IMG/VR virus record: IMGVR_UViG_3300046692_000582
Direction: 5' to 3' (one strand)
Source: an uncultured virus (IMG/VR IMGVR_UViG_3300046692_000582)
Taxonomy: Duplodnaviria; Heunggongvirae; Uroviricota; Caudoviricetes
DNA length: 64,000 bases
The translations under genes and the position numbers were made by a program. The notes beneath the pieces were generated by a model. It had not been told where the DNA came from and did no database searches. It was given only the letters and a program-made list of their open reading frames with translations. Of this stretch, positions 29,858 to 40,007 are shown piece by piece. Every line of letters starts with the position of its first letter. The first letter of the stretch is position 1.

Positions 29858-30505
29858 ATGAACACCACTGATCACGCAAAACTTCGCCTAACCCTGCATT
29901 CTCAGCTTCTTGGCTTGGCCAAGGAGAATAGCAATTATTATATGACCGTGGCGGCATTTAGCTATGCTGAGAAGCATCACCAGGGCATGCGTAAAGACGG
30001 TGTGACTCCTGAATTTAACCATCAGCTGAACATCCTGGGCATCTTGATGACCCAGATTGCCAACATCAAGCAGCCATGGCTGGTGCTGGCGCTCATTCTT
30101 CTGCACGACACGCTGGAAGACAACAATCATCTTGAAGACGAGATCATCACGAAGTTTCCAGTGCTATTCCCTTATGTGAACCGCATCTCCAAGGTGCGTC
30201 GGGGCCAAAAGCTCTCTAATGCGGAATACTACGCCCCAATGCCTGCGTGTTTTGTGGTTTCGGTTGCCAAGGGCTCCGACCGCCTGCACAACCTGACGAC
30301 CATGATGGGTGTCTTCACCATCGAGAAGTTGGATGAGGCAGTAGTGGAAACTGAAGAGTTTGTGCTGCCAATGCTCAAGCTGGCAAAGCATGAGCACCCA
30401 GAGCAGAACGCGATTTACGAGCTGATTAAGTCGCTGATCAACATTCAGCTCAATAGTATCCGCCAGTACATTGCTCTCTCCAAGAAAGTCGCTGATCAGG
30501 CGTAA
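29858..30505 (+). CDS. stand-alone RelA/SpoT-type HD hydrolase (small alarmone hydrolase-like)
   Basis: AEKHHQGMRKDG.P..H, LLHDTLED, K.SDRLHNL. Confidence 0.85.
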   Translation: MNTTDHAKLRLTLHSQLLGLAKENSNYYMTVAAFSYAEKHHQGMRKDGVTPEFNHQLNILGILMTQIANIKQPWLVLALILLHDTLEDNNHLEDEIITKFPVLFPYVNRISKVRRGQKLSNAEYYAPMPACFVVSVAKGSDRLHNLTTMMGVFTIEKLDEAVVETEEFVLPMLKLAKHEHPEQNAIYELIKSLINIQLNSIRQYIALSKKVADQA

Positions 30506-30638
30506 ATTTGGGGTTGGACTCAGGGGGTTAATCCCCCCTTCCGTTATGCGCCCTTCTCTCAAAAGTGGCTACCATCGACTGTTGTTTGGGTCAATGGTAG
30601 CTTGGCGCTTTGCATCCTAGCTAAAGGCGATATGTAGC

Positions 30639-30986
30639 ATGACCACCTTGACCCTCAATGAGAAACTCCGTGCGCTTCGCGACACTGTTGGTGTGCCTAC
30701 CAGCGATAATTGGCGCCTGCTGGAAGATAATCCAGTCAAAAACAAGCAGATCGTTGATCAACTCAATGCGGCGCTGCTTGAGACGCTGGAATACTGCAAA
30801 AACAAGGAAGGGAAGACCAACAAGATGATTGGTCAGCATTTGCAGGCGCGCATTCTTCCAATTGCCCAGGCGCATCCTCATGCAGATATTTTCAGCAGCG
30901 AGGCGTCTATTACCATCGCATTGTTTTTTGCTGCCAACTACTCACCTTCGATCTATGACTACCTGCGACATCGCTGGATCGAGTGA
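30639..30986 (+). CDS. hypothetical protein
   Basis: 115-aa ORF. Confidence 0.6.
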   Translation: MTTLTLNEKLRALRDTVGVPTSDNWRLLEDNPVKNKQIVDQLNAALLETLEYCKNKEGKTNKMIGQHLQARILPIAQAHPHADIFSSEASITIALFFAANYSPSIYDYLRHRWIE

Positions 30987-31043
30987 GTTTCTTTGCGCAG
31001 GCGTATTGAATTTAGCCCTGGCAAGCCAGGGCTTTGATCGTTA

Positions 31044-31922
31044 CTACCCAGTAAAGATGACGAGCGTGGCGATCATTAGGCCCAGCAATACTGAGTCGCG
31101 CATATTGTGCGTTTTGTTTTTCTCAATCAGCCACGAGTAGCCATAGCTTACAAAGATGATCCCCACGTTTCGCAGGATCGTGTAAGACTCAATGGTCGAG
31201 TGCTTTACGACATATCCACTCAGGTACAGTGAAACCACAAAGCAAATCACGATTTGGGAAATGGGGCCGATTTTTAAATTGGCTTCCTTTAGGCGCTTGT
31301 TCTCGCCATTCAACAGAGCCAGCGCCAGGAACGAAAAGGCGCTGAATACGTTTGATGCGATCAGGTAGTTGATGGCGTTAAATTCCTGCACCATCCGGCC
31401 TCCCAAGATGATTGCTACTGATCCAAACACCACGTTGGCGATGAGCAGGTCTGCCCTTTTGCACGACTTGTTATTAAGCTTTTTCATGTAAAAAAGAATG
31501 GTCAGCACCAGCATGCAGCTGACCATCGCGTACATTGAGTACGGGCTGCTGTAACTCTCTTCTACTGCGTGCTTGAAGCTGAACAGGCCGGTCAAAAAAG
31601 GCGTGAGGATGGGGATCGCCGAGATAATCAGGAAGTTTGAAAAATAGAAGACTTCCATGTTTTGCTCGTTGTGTTTTCGGCCTTCAATCTGCACCATCAG
31701 CATGATGATATTGAAGATTTGTGCCAAATAAAACCGATAGTCCAGCAGGAAGACAAAGGATTCTTTATTAATTTCTCCCCCGTGCGCCATCAGCAGGATG
31801 GCCGAGCCACACAGGCAGATAATCACGGAGCAGGTGTATTTGACGGGGTAAAATTTTACTTGGATTTTTTGAATGTGGATGGACAGCACCATTTGCACAA
31901 AAAGCATGAGGTTTATGAGCAT
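31044..31922 (-). CDS. multi-pass membrane protein, DMT/EamA-like topology
   Basis: about 10 hydrophobic segments in 292 aa. Confidence 0.6.
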   Translation of the reverse strand: MLINLMLFVQMVLSIHIQKIQVKFYPVKYTCSVIICLCGSAILLMAHGGEINKESFVFLLDYRFYLAQIFNIIMLMVQIEGRKHNEQNMEVFYFSNFLIISAIPILTPFLTGLFSFKHAVEESYSSPYSMYAMVSCMLVLTILFYMKKLNNKSCKRADLLIANVVFGSVAIILGGRMVQEFNAINYLIASNVFSAFSFLALALLNGENKRLKEANLKIGPISQIVICFVVSLYLSGYVVKHSTIESYTILRNVGIIFVSYGYSWLIEKNKTHNMRDSVLLGLMIATLVIFTG

Positions 31923-32108
31923 CTGGAGCCCTTAATCGCGTTTTCTAGTTATTATTAATCTCTTATTATCTCATGTATTTATGAGCACAGGCGCACTGCG
32001 CTTCAGGTTGATGACAAAAAGCGAAAAGCGAAAAAACTGTGTTTGTGTAGTTGACACTGCCCCTGCATATTTGTACAATGATCCCACACACAGTCAGGGG
32101 ATGAAGCA

Positions 32109-32483
32109 ATGTACGATGTAGCCGTAACCTTCGATTTGTACAAGGTTGGTATAACCGAAGATGGCGAAGACGCTATCTCTAACCGTTACTTTGTCATGCT
32201 CCAGGCACCAGACGGTAGCCGCTGGAATCATAAGGTTCGTTTCGATGGCTGCAAGGCTGGTTACGATGATGAGCATGGTATCCCGTATTTCGAAGATCTC
32301 TGCGAAGTCGCCAGCGCCAACGCTGAAAAGCTCGCTGCTACCATTCGCGATCATCTGAATGCCGGTGGTGAAATTGATTTCTTCGACTGGATTGAAGATC
32401 ATCCAGCCTACGGTTCTGAGGCATATCAGAAGCTCGATTCATTCGGTTATTTTCGAGATCTGGAGCGAATGCACGATCATTGA
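32109..32483 (+). CDS. hypothetical protein
   Basis: promoter TTGACA-17-TACAAT; PAYGSEAY motif; terminator after. Confidence 0.7.
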   Translation: MYDVAVTFDLYKVGITEDGEDAISNRYFVMLQAPDGSRWNHKVRFDGCKAGYDDEHGIPYFEDLCEVASANAEKLAATIRDHLNAGGEIDFFDWIEDHPAYGSEAYQKLDSFGYFRDLERMHDH

Positions 32484-32647
32484 TTTTGATTGCAACTAAG
32501 CCCTCTTTAAAGAGGGCTTTTTTGTGCCTGTTGTTTACTCCTAATATAATTATCCTATAAGCGTGTGTCGTTAAGTTTTTCGCGCAAAAGAGGTTAGAAT
32601 GGAGGGGTTTGATGTCCCTCTATTTGATATTTATTGGATTAACTACA

Positions 32648-33369
32648 TGAATACCGCATCGGCATTTAATAGATGTACGCTGGCAGCCATTTTAATGTGC
32701 GTCGTAACTGGCGTTTACGCTCAAGATACTGAAGACGTCAAAGCGAAAATCATTGAGCATGAGCGCATGCTCAAGAACGAAAGTCATCAACAGCAGCGCG
32801 CACAAACTCAGCAACAGATGCGTTGGCGTGAACAACACGAGCGTCAGGGACGTGAGTGGCATCAGGAGTATTGGAATAATGGCGTCCCCACGCACATCAA
32901 CACCAAGCCGGGCGTGATCGTGACCTTTGATAATGGGTCAAGCCGGGTGCGGTATGTCAATGCGCCCCCTGTATATAATCAATATGGAAATCACTATTAC
33001 CAGACCCAGCCTGTTTATCAAACCTTTGCGCCAGAACAAGTTCAGGATCGTCGTTATGACTATGACATGGGCGCATTGAGGGCTATATCGGCTCCAGTAG
33101 ATGGGCGTGTTTTTGGCACTTGGATTTATTCTAAAGGCAATGATCAGCGAAAAATCGTTGGCTACTACGCCAATGACCGATTGTTCTTGAGGTCTTTTCG
33201 TCTTGATGGGACGGTGGAAGATCGCGAGTATTCAGGTCAAATGGAAAATGGCCTTTCACAATTGCGTCGAATTGATGGCAACTCAGATGGGTTCTTGACG
33301 ATTAACCAGGACGGCCAGCTTGAATTTTGGCAGGGGTCATTGAAGGTCTATGCTGCTCAACCGTTATAG
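32648..33369 (+). CDS. secreted hypothetical protein
   Basis: signal peptide ending VYA-Q; start approximate. Confidence 0.6.
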
Positions 33370-33432
33370 CCACTACCTGCGCAAAGCCCTTGAACAATTT
33401 GCTCCAGGGCTTTTCATTCCAGGCCATCAAAA

Positions 33433-33852
33433 TCAAGAAGCCAGTTTGGCCTTCTCTTTCCTGATGGTCATTTCAAGGTCGTAAATTTCGCTCTCCCAGC
33501 CTGATTTGGCGTAAAGAAATTGATCATCATCACTTTTGGGAGTGTTGAGTATTGAGGGAGGAATTCTTTCCAGGGTGGCGACGCCATTGGCAATTAGCCC
33601 ACGCAAGGCCGAGATTTGATCTTGGGCACACTTGATGCGTTCTTCGGGGGTCTGGGCCTCCCACCGAATAGCTTCAGCCAGATCGCCTTGTAGGCGCTTC
33701 AACTCATGTAGCCAAGATGTTAATGAGAGCTGCACCGAAAGCTCACTCGGATCAGCGATCAGTTCTTCCCTCTCCTTCTGGATAAATGACTCAACCATGC
33801 GGATTGAATCTTTGATCGCATCGATTGGATTCTTGACTGCTAGGTCATTCAT
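33433..33852 (-). CDS. coiled-coil hypothetical protein
   Basis: internal W..E..L duplication. Confidence 0.55.
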   Translation of the reverse strand: MNDLAVKNPIDAIKDSIRMVESFIQKEREELIADPSELSVQLSLTSWLHELKRLQGDLAEAIRWEAQTPEERIKCAQDQISALRGLIANGVATLERIPPSILNTPKSDDDQFLYAKSGWESEIYDLEMTIRKEKAKLAS

Positions 33853-34092
33853 GATTAGGTCCCTGTCTGAACATCCTTTAAGACTAGCGGCCAGTGACGA
33901 ATGCTGCAATCCATTTGCTAAGCGAGGTCCGTCAGGCCACAGAAATGACGGCTATTACTGTCGTTCAGCCAAATGGCCAGGGTGCTTAGTTCTGTCTCGC
34001 CTTCACCTTTTATCGGGATGTCATTGTCATTGACTTTTTTGTTGATTTTGGTATATTTGCTTTATTAAATACAAACCTATCGGAGACTCAAA

Positions 34093-34305
34093 ATGCATGC
34101 ATCAATGGCTAATTCGGTTCCGCTCATTGACCACGAAAATCAGGTGCACTTTGATGCGAAGGAGCTGAAAGTTTTGTTTGGTGACGCTGGCCATCCCGGT
34201 TTGGGCATGGACAAGGACTCGTGGAAGGCTCAGGTTCAAGCAGGCCAAACTGACCTGGGTTATTGGGAATGGGTTCATCAGATCGTTAGCGAAAGCGACG
34301 TTTGA
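34093..34305 (+). CDS. hypothetical protein
   Basis: GGAG RBS; TDLGYWEWV; operator-bearing promoter 34019-34035. Confidence 0.65.
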   Translation: MHASMANSVPLIDHENQVHFDAKELKVLFGDAGHPGLGMDKDSWKAQVQAGQTDLGYWEWVHQIVSESDV

Positions 34306-34360
34306 TCGGGACTGCACAGTATTCATGACCACAAAAAATCACAGCAATGCCGGAGATTCC

Positions 34361-35071
34361 ATGACCGAACAGCCCCGCTCCATCATTGCCGCTTTGCGCG
34401 ACATCGTGAACGAGCAGACCTTGCTGTATGTCGAGTCGTTGCCTCCAGAAAAACGAGCATTGATGGAGCTACCAAAGGCAGAGCTTGAAATGCTGTCCAA
34501 GGAAGACCGTCAGGAACTGTTTATGCTGTGGGTGACCATAACTGCACTTAATGGTGAGCCCGCGAAGCCTGATGAGTCAGTCGATCTTGTGTCAGCTTAC
34601 GCCAAGCATGGGTTGATTGTTGAGAGGCCCAAGGGCGGAAGCTGGCATAGCAAAACGATGATGGCGGCGCCACATGACGGAGTGCAGTACTGTGTGGACA
34701 ATCATGGTCACCACCTTAAGGCGGGCCGTGAAGATTCCATTCTTCATGGCATTTGGCATCGTGAGCAGTTGATCAAGCGTCACCACGCCATGATTAAAAC
34801 CATCTACGAATATTGCGTGGCCTTGGAGGTTGGTGATATTTGGGTATTGTGTTCGGGGGGCGCGCAGCTTCAGGCCTTCTTTGGCAACAAGACGGGCTAC
34901 CTCGCGATCCTGTATCTCGACATGGAAGATGAGAATGAACGTGTTGATGACGACTACCTGAAGGCTGTCGGAAACCAAAAACTCACCCTCCAGGTGAATT
35001 GGAAGCACAACAATCCGCTCTTTGTGGGCAAATTCAAAATGCCGGGTGTGAAGCTGAGAAAAAGCACATGA
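34361..35071 (+). CDS. hypothetical protein
   Basis: GGAG RBS, overlaps next start. Confidence 0.65.
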   Translation: MTEQPRSIIAALRDIVNEQTLLYVESLPPEKRALMELPKAELEMLSKEDRQELFMLWVTITALNGEPAKPDESVDLVSAYAKHGLIVERPKGGSWHSKTMMAAPHDGVQYCVDNHGHHLKAGREDSILHGIWHREQLIKRHHAMIKTIYEYCVALEVGDIWVLCSGGAQLQAFFGNKTGYLAILYLDMEDENERVDDDYLKAVGNQKLTLQVNWKHNNPLFVGKFKMPGVKLRKST

Positions 35072-35655
35072 AGCTTTGGTTTACGCGGCCAGAATGCGAT
35101 GAAATCTACATGGGCGGGCTACGCTCTGTAGATCTGTGGCTGAGTAAACCTGTGTTTGACCAGCGGGCGACAACGCTTGATTTTGAGTTGATTGACCCTC
35201 TGAGTGGAGGGGTTGTTGCGGAGATTTACCATGAGGTTGGCTGGTCTTCTCACTCCGGATGCGTTCGCGCCAAGGAGTTTCTGGCCCAGGACAAAGCGGT
35301 GACGCAAAAGGTCTGGGACAAAATCTACGAGTCCATTCTGCCCATTGACTGCCCGGTTCCCGAAATCAAAATCATGGGGCTTAATGAATTCAATTACCTT
35401 CTGGATTACGGTTCTGAGCTTCAGTGCCGCACACACTGGAAGCGCTTCCTTCTGGAGCTGGATCTACGAACAGATTCGGTGAAACTTATTGAGCCGGATG
35501 TCTTGTGGAATGATAGCCTGCCAAAAGGCAAGCGACCCATCACGTCCGATACTGCTCTGACGTCCTTGTTTTATGATGGAAATCTCAACCGCCCATTTCT
35601 AAGTCGGGTCGCCATCCCCTATGAAGAGACACGAAAAAACATCGTCCCGTTCTAG
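35068..35655 (+). CDS. paralogue family C member 2
   Basis: MKLWFTRPECDEIYMGG...THWKRFLLE. Confidence 0.8.
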   Translation: MKLWFTRPECDEIYMGGLRSVDLWLSKPVFDQRATTLDFELIDPLSGGVVAEIYHEVGWSSHSGCVRAKEFLAQDKAVTQKVWDKIYESILPIDCPVPEIKIMGLNEFNYLLDYGSELQCRTHWKRFLLELDLRTDSVKLIEPDVLWNDSLPKGKRPITSDTALTSLFYDGNLNRPFLSRVAIPYEETRKNIVPF

Positions 35656-35752
35656 GGAGCATATAATTACCGAACAACACGTCATTTAATTTGACACTTC
35701 TAATTTTATAGGTATAATATCCCCACAACTAAAGCTCTTGTGGTGACTCCTG

Positions 35753-36082
35753 ATGTCCGTACTTAATATCGAGATTGTCAAAATCTCCGTCGTCGGCACG
35801 TGTAGTGAAATGCTTGGCTACCTCGCCTCCATGGACATCGACGGCGCAGATTCCTTCGCCCGCGTAGGTCATACGCAACAAGCCTTTCTTGAAACCTATC
35901 CGACGCGTGAAGCGCTCTTGGAAGATGTATTGGGCGCAGCTCAATTTCAAGGCATCCAAGCCGAAATCGACGTCATCAACGATATTCCAACCGTTACCAA
36001 GCGCTGCAACATGCTTAGCGACATCTGCTTCTTTGGTGATGCGATGTATGAGCGCGAGTGCGCCTCTTCTGGCAAGGCTTAA
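35753..36082 (+). CDS. hypothetical protein
   Basis: first gene after operator-bearing promoter (35680-35696). Confidence 0.65.
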   Translation: MSVLNIEIVKISVVGTCSEMLGYLASMDIDGADSFARVGHTQQAFLETYPTREALLEDVLGAAQFQGIQAEIDVINDIPTVTKRCNMLSDICFFGDAMYERECASSGKA

Positions 36083-36085
36083 TTC

Positions 36086-37012
36086 ATGAAAGAACTTGCG
36101 GTCATTACGACCTACTATAACCCTTGCGCTTACGTTTCTCGCCGCCGAAATTTTGATTTGTTCATGGATGGCATGCGGAAAGCTGGCGTCACCTGCATCA
36201 CCGTTGAATGTGCTTTTGGCGACACTCCCTTTGAGTTGGAGCCAAGCCTTGATGTCATTCAGGTGCGCTCAAAGACCCTGCTCTGGCAAAAGGAGCGACT
36301 GCTCAATTTGGCGGCTTCGTGGTTGCCGCAGAGCTGTAAATACGTGGCGTGGCTGGACTGCGATATTGAATTCGAAAACCGTAATTGGGCCAAAGATTTG
36401 GTTCGATTGATGGAGCAATACAAGGTAGCCCAGGTTTTTGAAACCTGCCTGCGGCTGGACCAAAATGGCCAGCCGGGTGATGAGCCCGACATCTCAGAGT
36501 CATTCGCCAGTGTGATGCGGCGAGACCCGAGTCAGCTGAATAAGGGGCGTTACGACGTCCATGGCCACACGGGCTATGGCTGGGCGATGCATCGTGAGAT
36601 TTTCGAGGAAGTGGGTCTATACGAAAGCGCCATCTCCGGCAGTGCTGACCACTTTATGGCGCATGCCATTTATGGCGATTGCAATTTTTGCATTCAAAAT
36701 GCCCTGAAAAAAGACCCTCGCCAAATTGTTCATCTGCAAGAGTGGACAAAGCGCTTCCATGAGATGGTTGATGGCAGCCTGTGCGCAGTTCCTGGCCAAA
36801 TTCGCCATTTGTGGCATGGTGACACCGTAGATCGGAGATATTTTCTTCGAATGCACGACATTACCGATCTTGGCTTTGACCCTCACACGGACTTGCATAT
36901 TGTCCCTGGAGCGCCGATTGAGTGGGCGCCTGAAATGAACAAGCCCGAGCTTAAAGAATATTTCGTTAACTACTTTGCCAGTCGTCGTGAAGACGGCGCG
37001 ATGGCAGGATAA
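36086..37012 (+). CDS. glycosyltransferase-like protein (GT-A fold)
   Basis: WQKERLLN, YVAWLDCDI (DxD), GSAD, HLWHG. Confidence 0.7.
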   Translation: MKELAVITTYYNPCAYVSRRRNFDLFMDGMRKAGVTCITVECAFGDTPFELEPSLDVIQVRSKTLLWQKERLLNLAASWLPQSCKYVAWLDCDIEFENRNWAKDLVRLMEQYKVAQVFETCLRLDQNGQPGDEPDISESFASVMRRDPSQLNKGRYDVHGHTGYGWAMHREIFEEVGLYESAISGSADHFMAHAIYGDCNFCIQNALKKDPRQIVHLQEWTKRFHEMVDGSLCAVPGQIRHLWHGDTVDRRYFLRMHDITDLGFDPHTDLHIVPGAPIEWAPEMNKPELKEYFVNYFASRREDGAMAG

Positions 37013-37024
37013 GGAGAAGCATCT

Positions 37025-37972
37025 GTGAACACAGGAAATTATAATATCGACTCAGCGACAGGTGCATTGGCCGGTGTTTATGAGGCCGTCGAGCGTCGCA
37101 GCATTGTTGTAGATGCTGCCTTGGCGGATCTTAACAAAACTCGAAAAATCTACCTAAAGAAAAAGGCGGCAGAGCTGCTGCCCGCCATCAACAATCGCGT
37201 GCTAAAGTTTTTGGTTCACGGATTTCCAAGCTTTGTCACCTCGCCGATTCGCCAAAGTTTTGAGTCCAATAAAAAGTTTTTGGGTCTATTCGCTGGCAGT
37301 CGCTATCAGCAGACACTTGACTACTTGCAAACGCACTTTGCAAGCCATCTTGACGTGATCAAGTTCCGTGACCTGCGTGATATGGATGAGGAAATCACAG
37401 AGCTGTTGGCTGAAAAGCGCAGCCTGAGTACAAAACGCGAACAGGCATCGGAGCTGCTAAAGCTTATGCGACGAGCGAAAGCTGAGGGGATCAAGCTCCC
37501 AGAAACAGTTGCTGAGCAGATTCGTCGAATTGACCGGCATGCCCGTAGTGGGCGCGTACCAGTCGGCCAGCAGTACAAGTCGAGCCACACGTACAGCTCT
37601 CGCTCGTACACCAACACACCAACGCCACAGGACGATCAAACCGATCTGCTGTTCTACATTCTCACCGACATTCCGACTTCGTTCCGAACCGCGATGATCG
37701 ATGCTTTTGAGGATAGTCAGCGAACTCAAAATATCGGTCAGGGTGGCACCTTTGGTGGCGCTGGCGCCTCGGGCGATTGGTCAGATAATCGTCAGTCTGC
37801 ACCTGACTCTTCGACATTTGATGCGCCGTCGTTCGATGCTCCGAGCAGCGGATTTGGCTCTGCGATTGTCTCTGGTGGAGTTGCAGTTGCTGCTGGCGTT
37901 GCCGCCGTTGAAGTTGCAGGTATCGCTTCTGATTTTATTGCCACGGACGACAGCCTGGGCCCGTTTTCCTGA
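37025..37972 (+). CDS. hypothetical protein with GGTFGGAGASGDW tail
   Basis: AGGAG RBS, GTG start; Gly-rich motif. Confidence 0.7.
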   Translation: MNTGNYNIDSATGALAGVYEAVERRSIVVDAALADLNKTRKIYLKKKAAELLPAINNRVLKFLVHGFPSFVTSPIRQSFESNKKFLGLFAGSRYQQTLDYLQTHFASHLDVIKFRDLRDMDEEITELLAEKRSLSTKREQASELLKLMRRAKAEGIKLPETVAEQIRRIDRHARSGRVPVGQQYKSSHTYSSRSYTNTPTPQDDQTDLLFYILTDIPTSFRTAMIDAFEDSQRTQNIGQGGTFGGAGASGDWSDNRQSAPDSSTFDAPSFDAPSSGFGSAIVSGGVAVAAGVAAVEVAGIASDFIATDDSLGPFS

Positions 37973-38030
37973 CGGCTAATGGGGCGGGATCTCTCGCCCC
38001 ACAGTTCTTTCTTTGTAGAGGCGAATTTCC

Positions 38031-38903
38031 ATGAAATATTTTGTGTTGGCGCTGATGCTTGTCTTTTGTTCTGCTCAAGCGCAGGCAGGACTTAAAACAA
38101 AACTGGCTATTGGTGCCGCTGGGTTTGTCATCAAGCAAGAAATTGTCCCTGCCCTTTCAACGGGGGCTGGAATGAAGGTAGCTGTTGCAGCGGTCAAACG
38201 ACTGGTGCAGACGCCCGTTGGAAAAAACATGGTGAATGGCGCAATTGCTTTCTACATCGTTACTTCGGCCAATACCTTTGTGGGACAAAAATCTAACGAA
38301 TTGGCCGATCAATCAGGTCTTTTCGATGACCCCGAGTTTGTCGAATACCTTAAAGCTACGCATGCCAACTATGCGGTGATTTCGGCTCAACTAGAGGCTG
38401 TCGCATCCAGTATCGATAAGAAAAACCCGCAGGCCTGTATCAATCCAAAAGATATTTACCAAAAAGACTTGCCCGCCTACCTTGCCAATATCAGCAGTTA
38501 CCGAAAGCCTGTACAGCCAGGAGACTACGGTTCCTACCAGCAACTGAAGTCCTCTGAAGTGGTTAAGGATCAACTTGATCACGACCACATTCCTTCGGCA
38601 AAAGCTATTGAACGCTATTTGCTCAAACGAGACGGCGCCATGATCGCGGGCCCAGGCATTAAGAACTCCTACAATAATGCGACCGCACTGGAACTTTGGC
38701 ACGCTCAACATAAAACGGGTGCAACGTTCCGTGGTCGTAATATTCCTCTTGCCACCGTAGACGGTTCAAGTGGTTTTGCCATGCGTGCAGCAACCATTCG
38801 CGATTTTGCATTCTATTACCTCGGTGCTAAACTCACCCAGGTAGAAATTGCTGAATTCAGCAAGGTTTATTTCAGAAACAAAGCCCTCTGCGTTTACAAC
38901 TAA
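38031..38903 (+). CDS. Sec-signal protein with C-terminal His-Me/HNH-like toxin domain
   Basis: signal peptide ending AQA; GSYQQLK..DQLDHDHIPS..H...TFRGRN resembles Rhs/pyocin-type nuclease tips. Confidence 0.65.
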   Translation: MKYFVLALMLVFCSAQAQAGLKTKLAIGAAGFVIKQEIVPALSTGAGMKVAVAAVKRLVQTPVGKNMVNGAIAFYIVTSANTFVGQKSNELADQSGLFDDPEFVEYLKATHANYAVISAQLEAVASSIDKKNPQACINPKDIYQKDLPAYLANISSYRKPVQPGDYGSYQQLKSSEVVKDQLDHDHIPSAKAIERYLLKRDGAMIAGPGIKNSYNNATALELWHAQHKTGATFRGRNIPLATVDGSSGFAMRAATIRDFAFYYLGAKLTQVEIAEFSKVYFRNKALCVYN

Positions 38904-38912
38904 GGAAATAAC

Positions 38913-39362
38913 ATGTCGTTGAAAGCAGATACCAGTTCCCCAGTTTTCTTTGCCACACTACAGGCTTTGGATTCTGAAATTCGTCAGCCTGCGCTTGCTC
39001 AATCACGCGTGCTGCGTTTTGAAAAGGCATCGGACAAGAGCAAGCGGAACTATGATCCGATGGCTCACATGATTCGCGATTTGCTGGCGAACACCGTATT
39101 CTTTGCCAAAGATTCGGCGGGCGATCTGTACGGTGTTTATACTGCTACCGACAAAGAGTTTATCGTCAAATTCGATCACCAAGATGTATTCATGATCATT
39201 GGCGACTCCATCAGTAATTGGGTTCGTGAAGTCTATTTCAACACATCGGAGTACGATGTTTCGGCGTTTGAGGCTGCCTGTCAGTCACAGTTTGGTGTTG
39301 GTTACCAAGCACCAGATGAGCGCGGATTTCCAAACATTTACTTGCCGTACTTCCCTGCTTAA
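38913..39362 (+). CDS. SUKH/SMI1-like immunity protein
   Basis: FFAKDSAGDLYGV...IVKFDH; 9 bp after toxin gene. Confidence 0.55.
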   Translation: MSLKADTSSPVFFATLQALDSEIRQPALAQSRVLRFEKASDKSKRNYDPMAHMIRDLLANTVFFAKDSAGDLYGVYTATDKEFIVKFDHQDVFMIIGDSISNWVREVYFNTSEYDVSAFEAACQSQFGVGYQAPDERGFPNIYLPYFPA

Positions 39363-39419
39363 TTTTAGAACTGATGCCCAGGCGCCAACAGGCGCCTTTG
39401 ATAATTTCATGGATTTATT

Positions 39420-39947
39420 ATGCCCTGCTTGACTTATTTGGGATCAATTGAGATTGCTGAAGACCTAAAACTTGAATGTCGCGCTCTCACCAAACAAGTG
39501 CAGCAGGAGGGTCTTTATGGCGTCACCATTGTCAAAAAGAATCGCACTCGCGAGGAAATGAATGCCATCGTGAAAAAGGTCGGTTTAGATCTGGGGACAT
39601 TGATCAATGCAAATCTAGTCAGCGCTGATATCATCATGTCCGCGCCACTGGTATTGCATCATGACAACAACCTTTGGCAAAAATACGGCGTCCTGATCAT
39701 GGTTGATGTTCCTGATGGTTCCAGCCTTTTTCAAAAGAAAAGTGATTCCATTCCCATCAAATCAGGCGACGTCTTGAGCATCAGGTATCCGATGTATCAC
39801 GGTCTGACCATGCCGAACGAAAGTGATCGGCTGATCTTTATCTCCGTGGATTTTCACGTGGGGAAAAAAGTAATGAATGAGACGTGGCAATCAAAGATCG
39901 CTGCATGGCATGACAACACCTCAAAAGAAGTTGCCATGTCATTTTGA
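39420..39947 (+). CDS. possible 2OG-Fe(II)/cupin-fold protein
   Basis: HHD...GDVL...YHG. Confidence 0.45.
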   Translation: MPCLTYLGSIEIAEDLKLECRALTKQVQQEGLYGVTIVKKNRTREEMNAIVKKVGLDLGTLINANLVSADIIMSAPLVLHHDNNLWQKYGVLIMVDVPDGSSLFQKKSDSIPIKSGDVLSIRYPMYHGLTMPNESDRLIFISVDFHVGKKVMNETWQSKIAAWHDNTSKEVAMSF

Positions 39948-40007
39948 TTGACATTTTTTCATGGCTCGATATAATTACATCCATTAATTCTGCCTTCGAG
40001 AATATGG

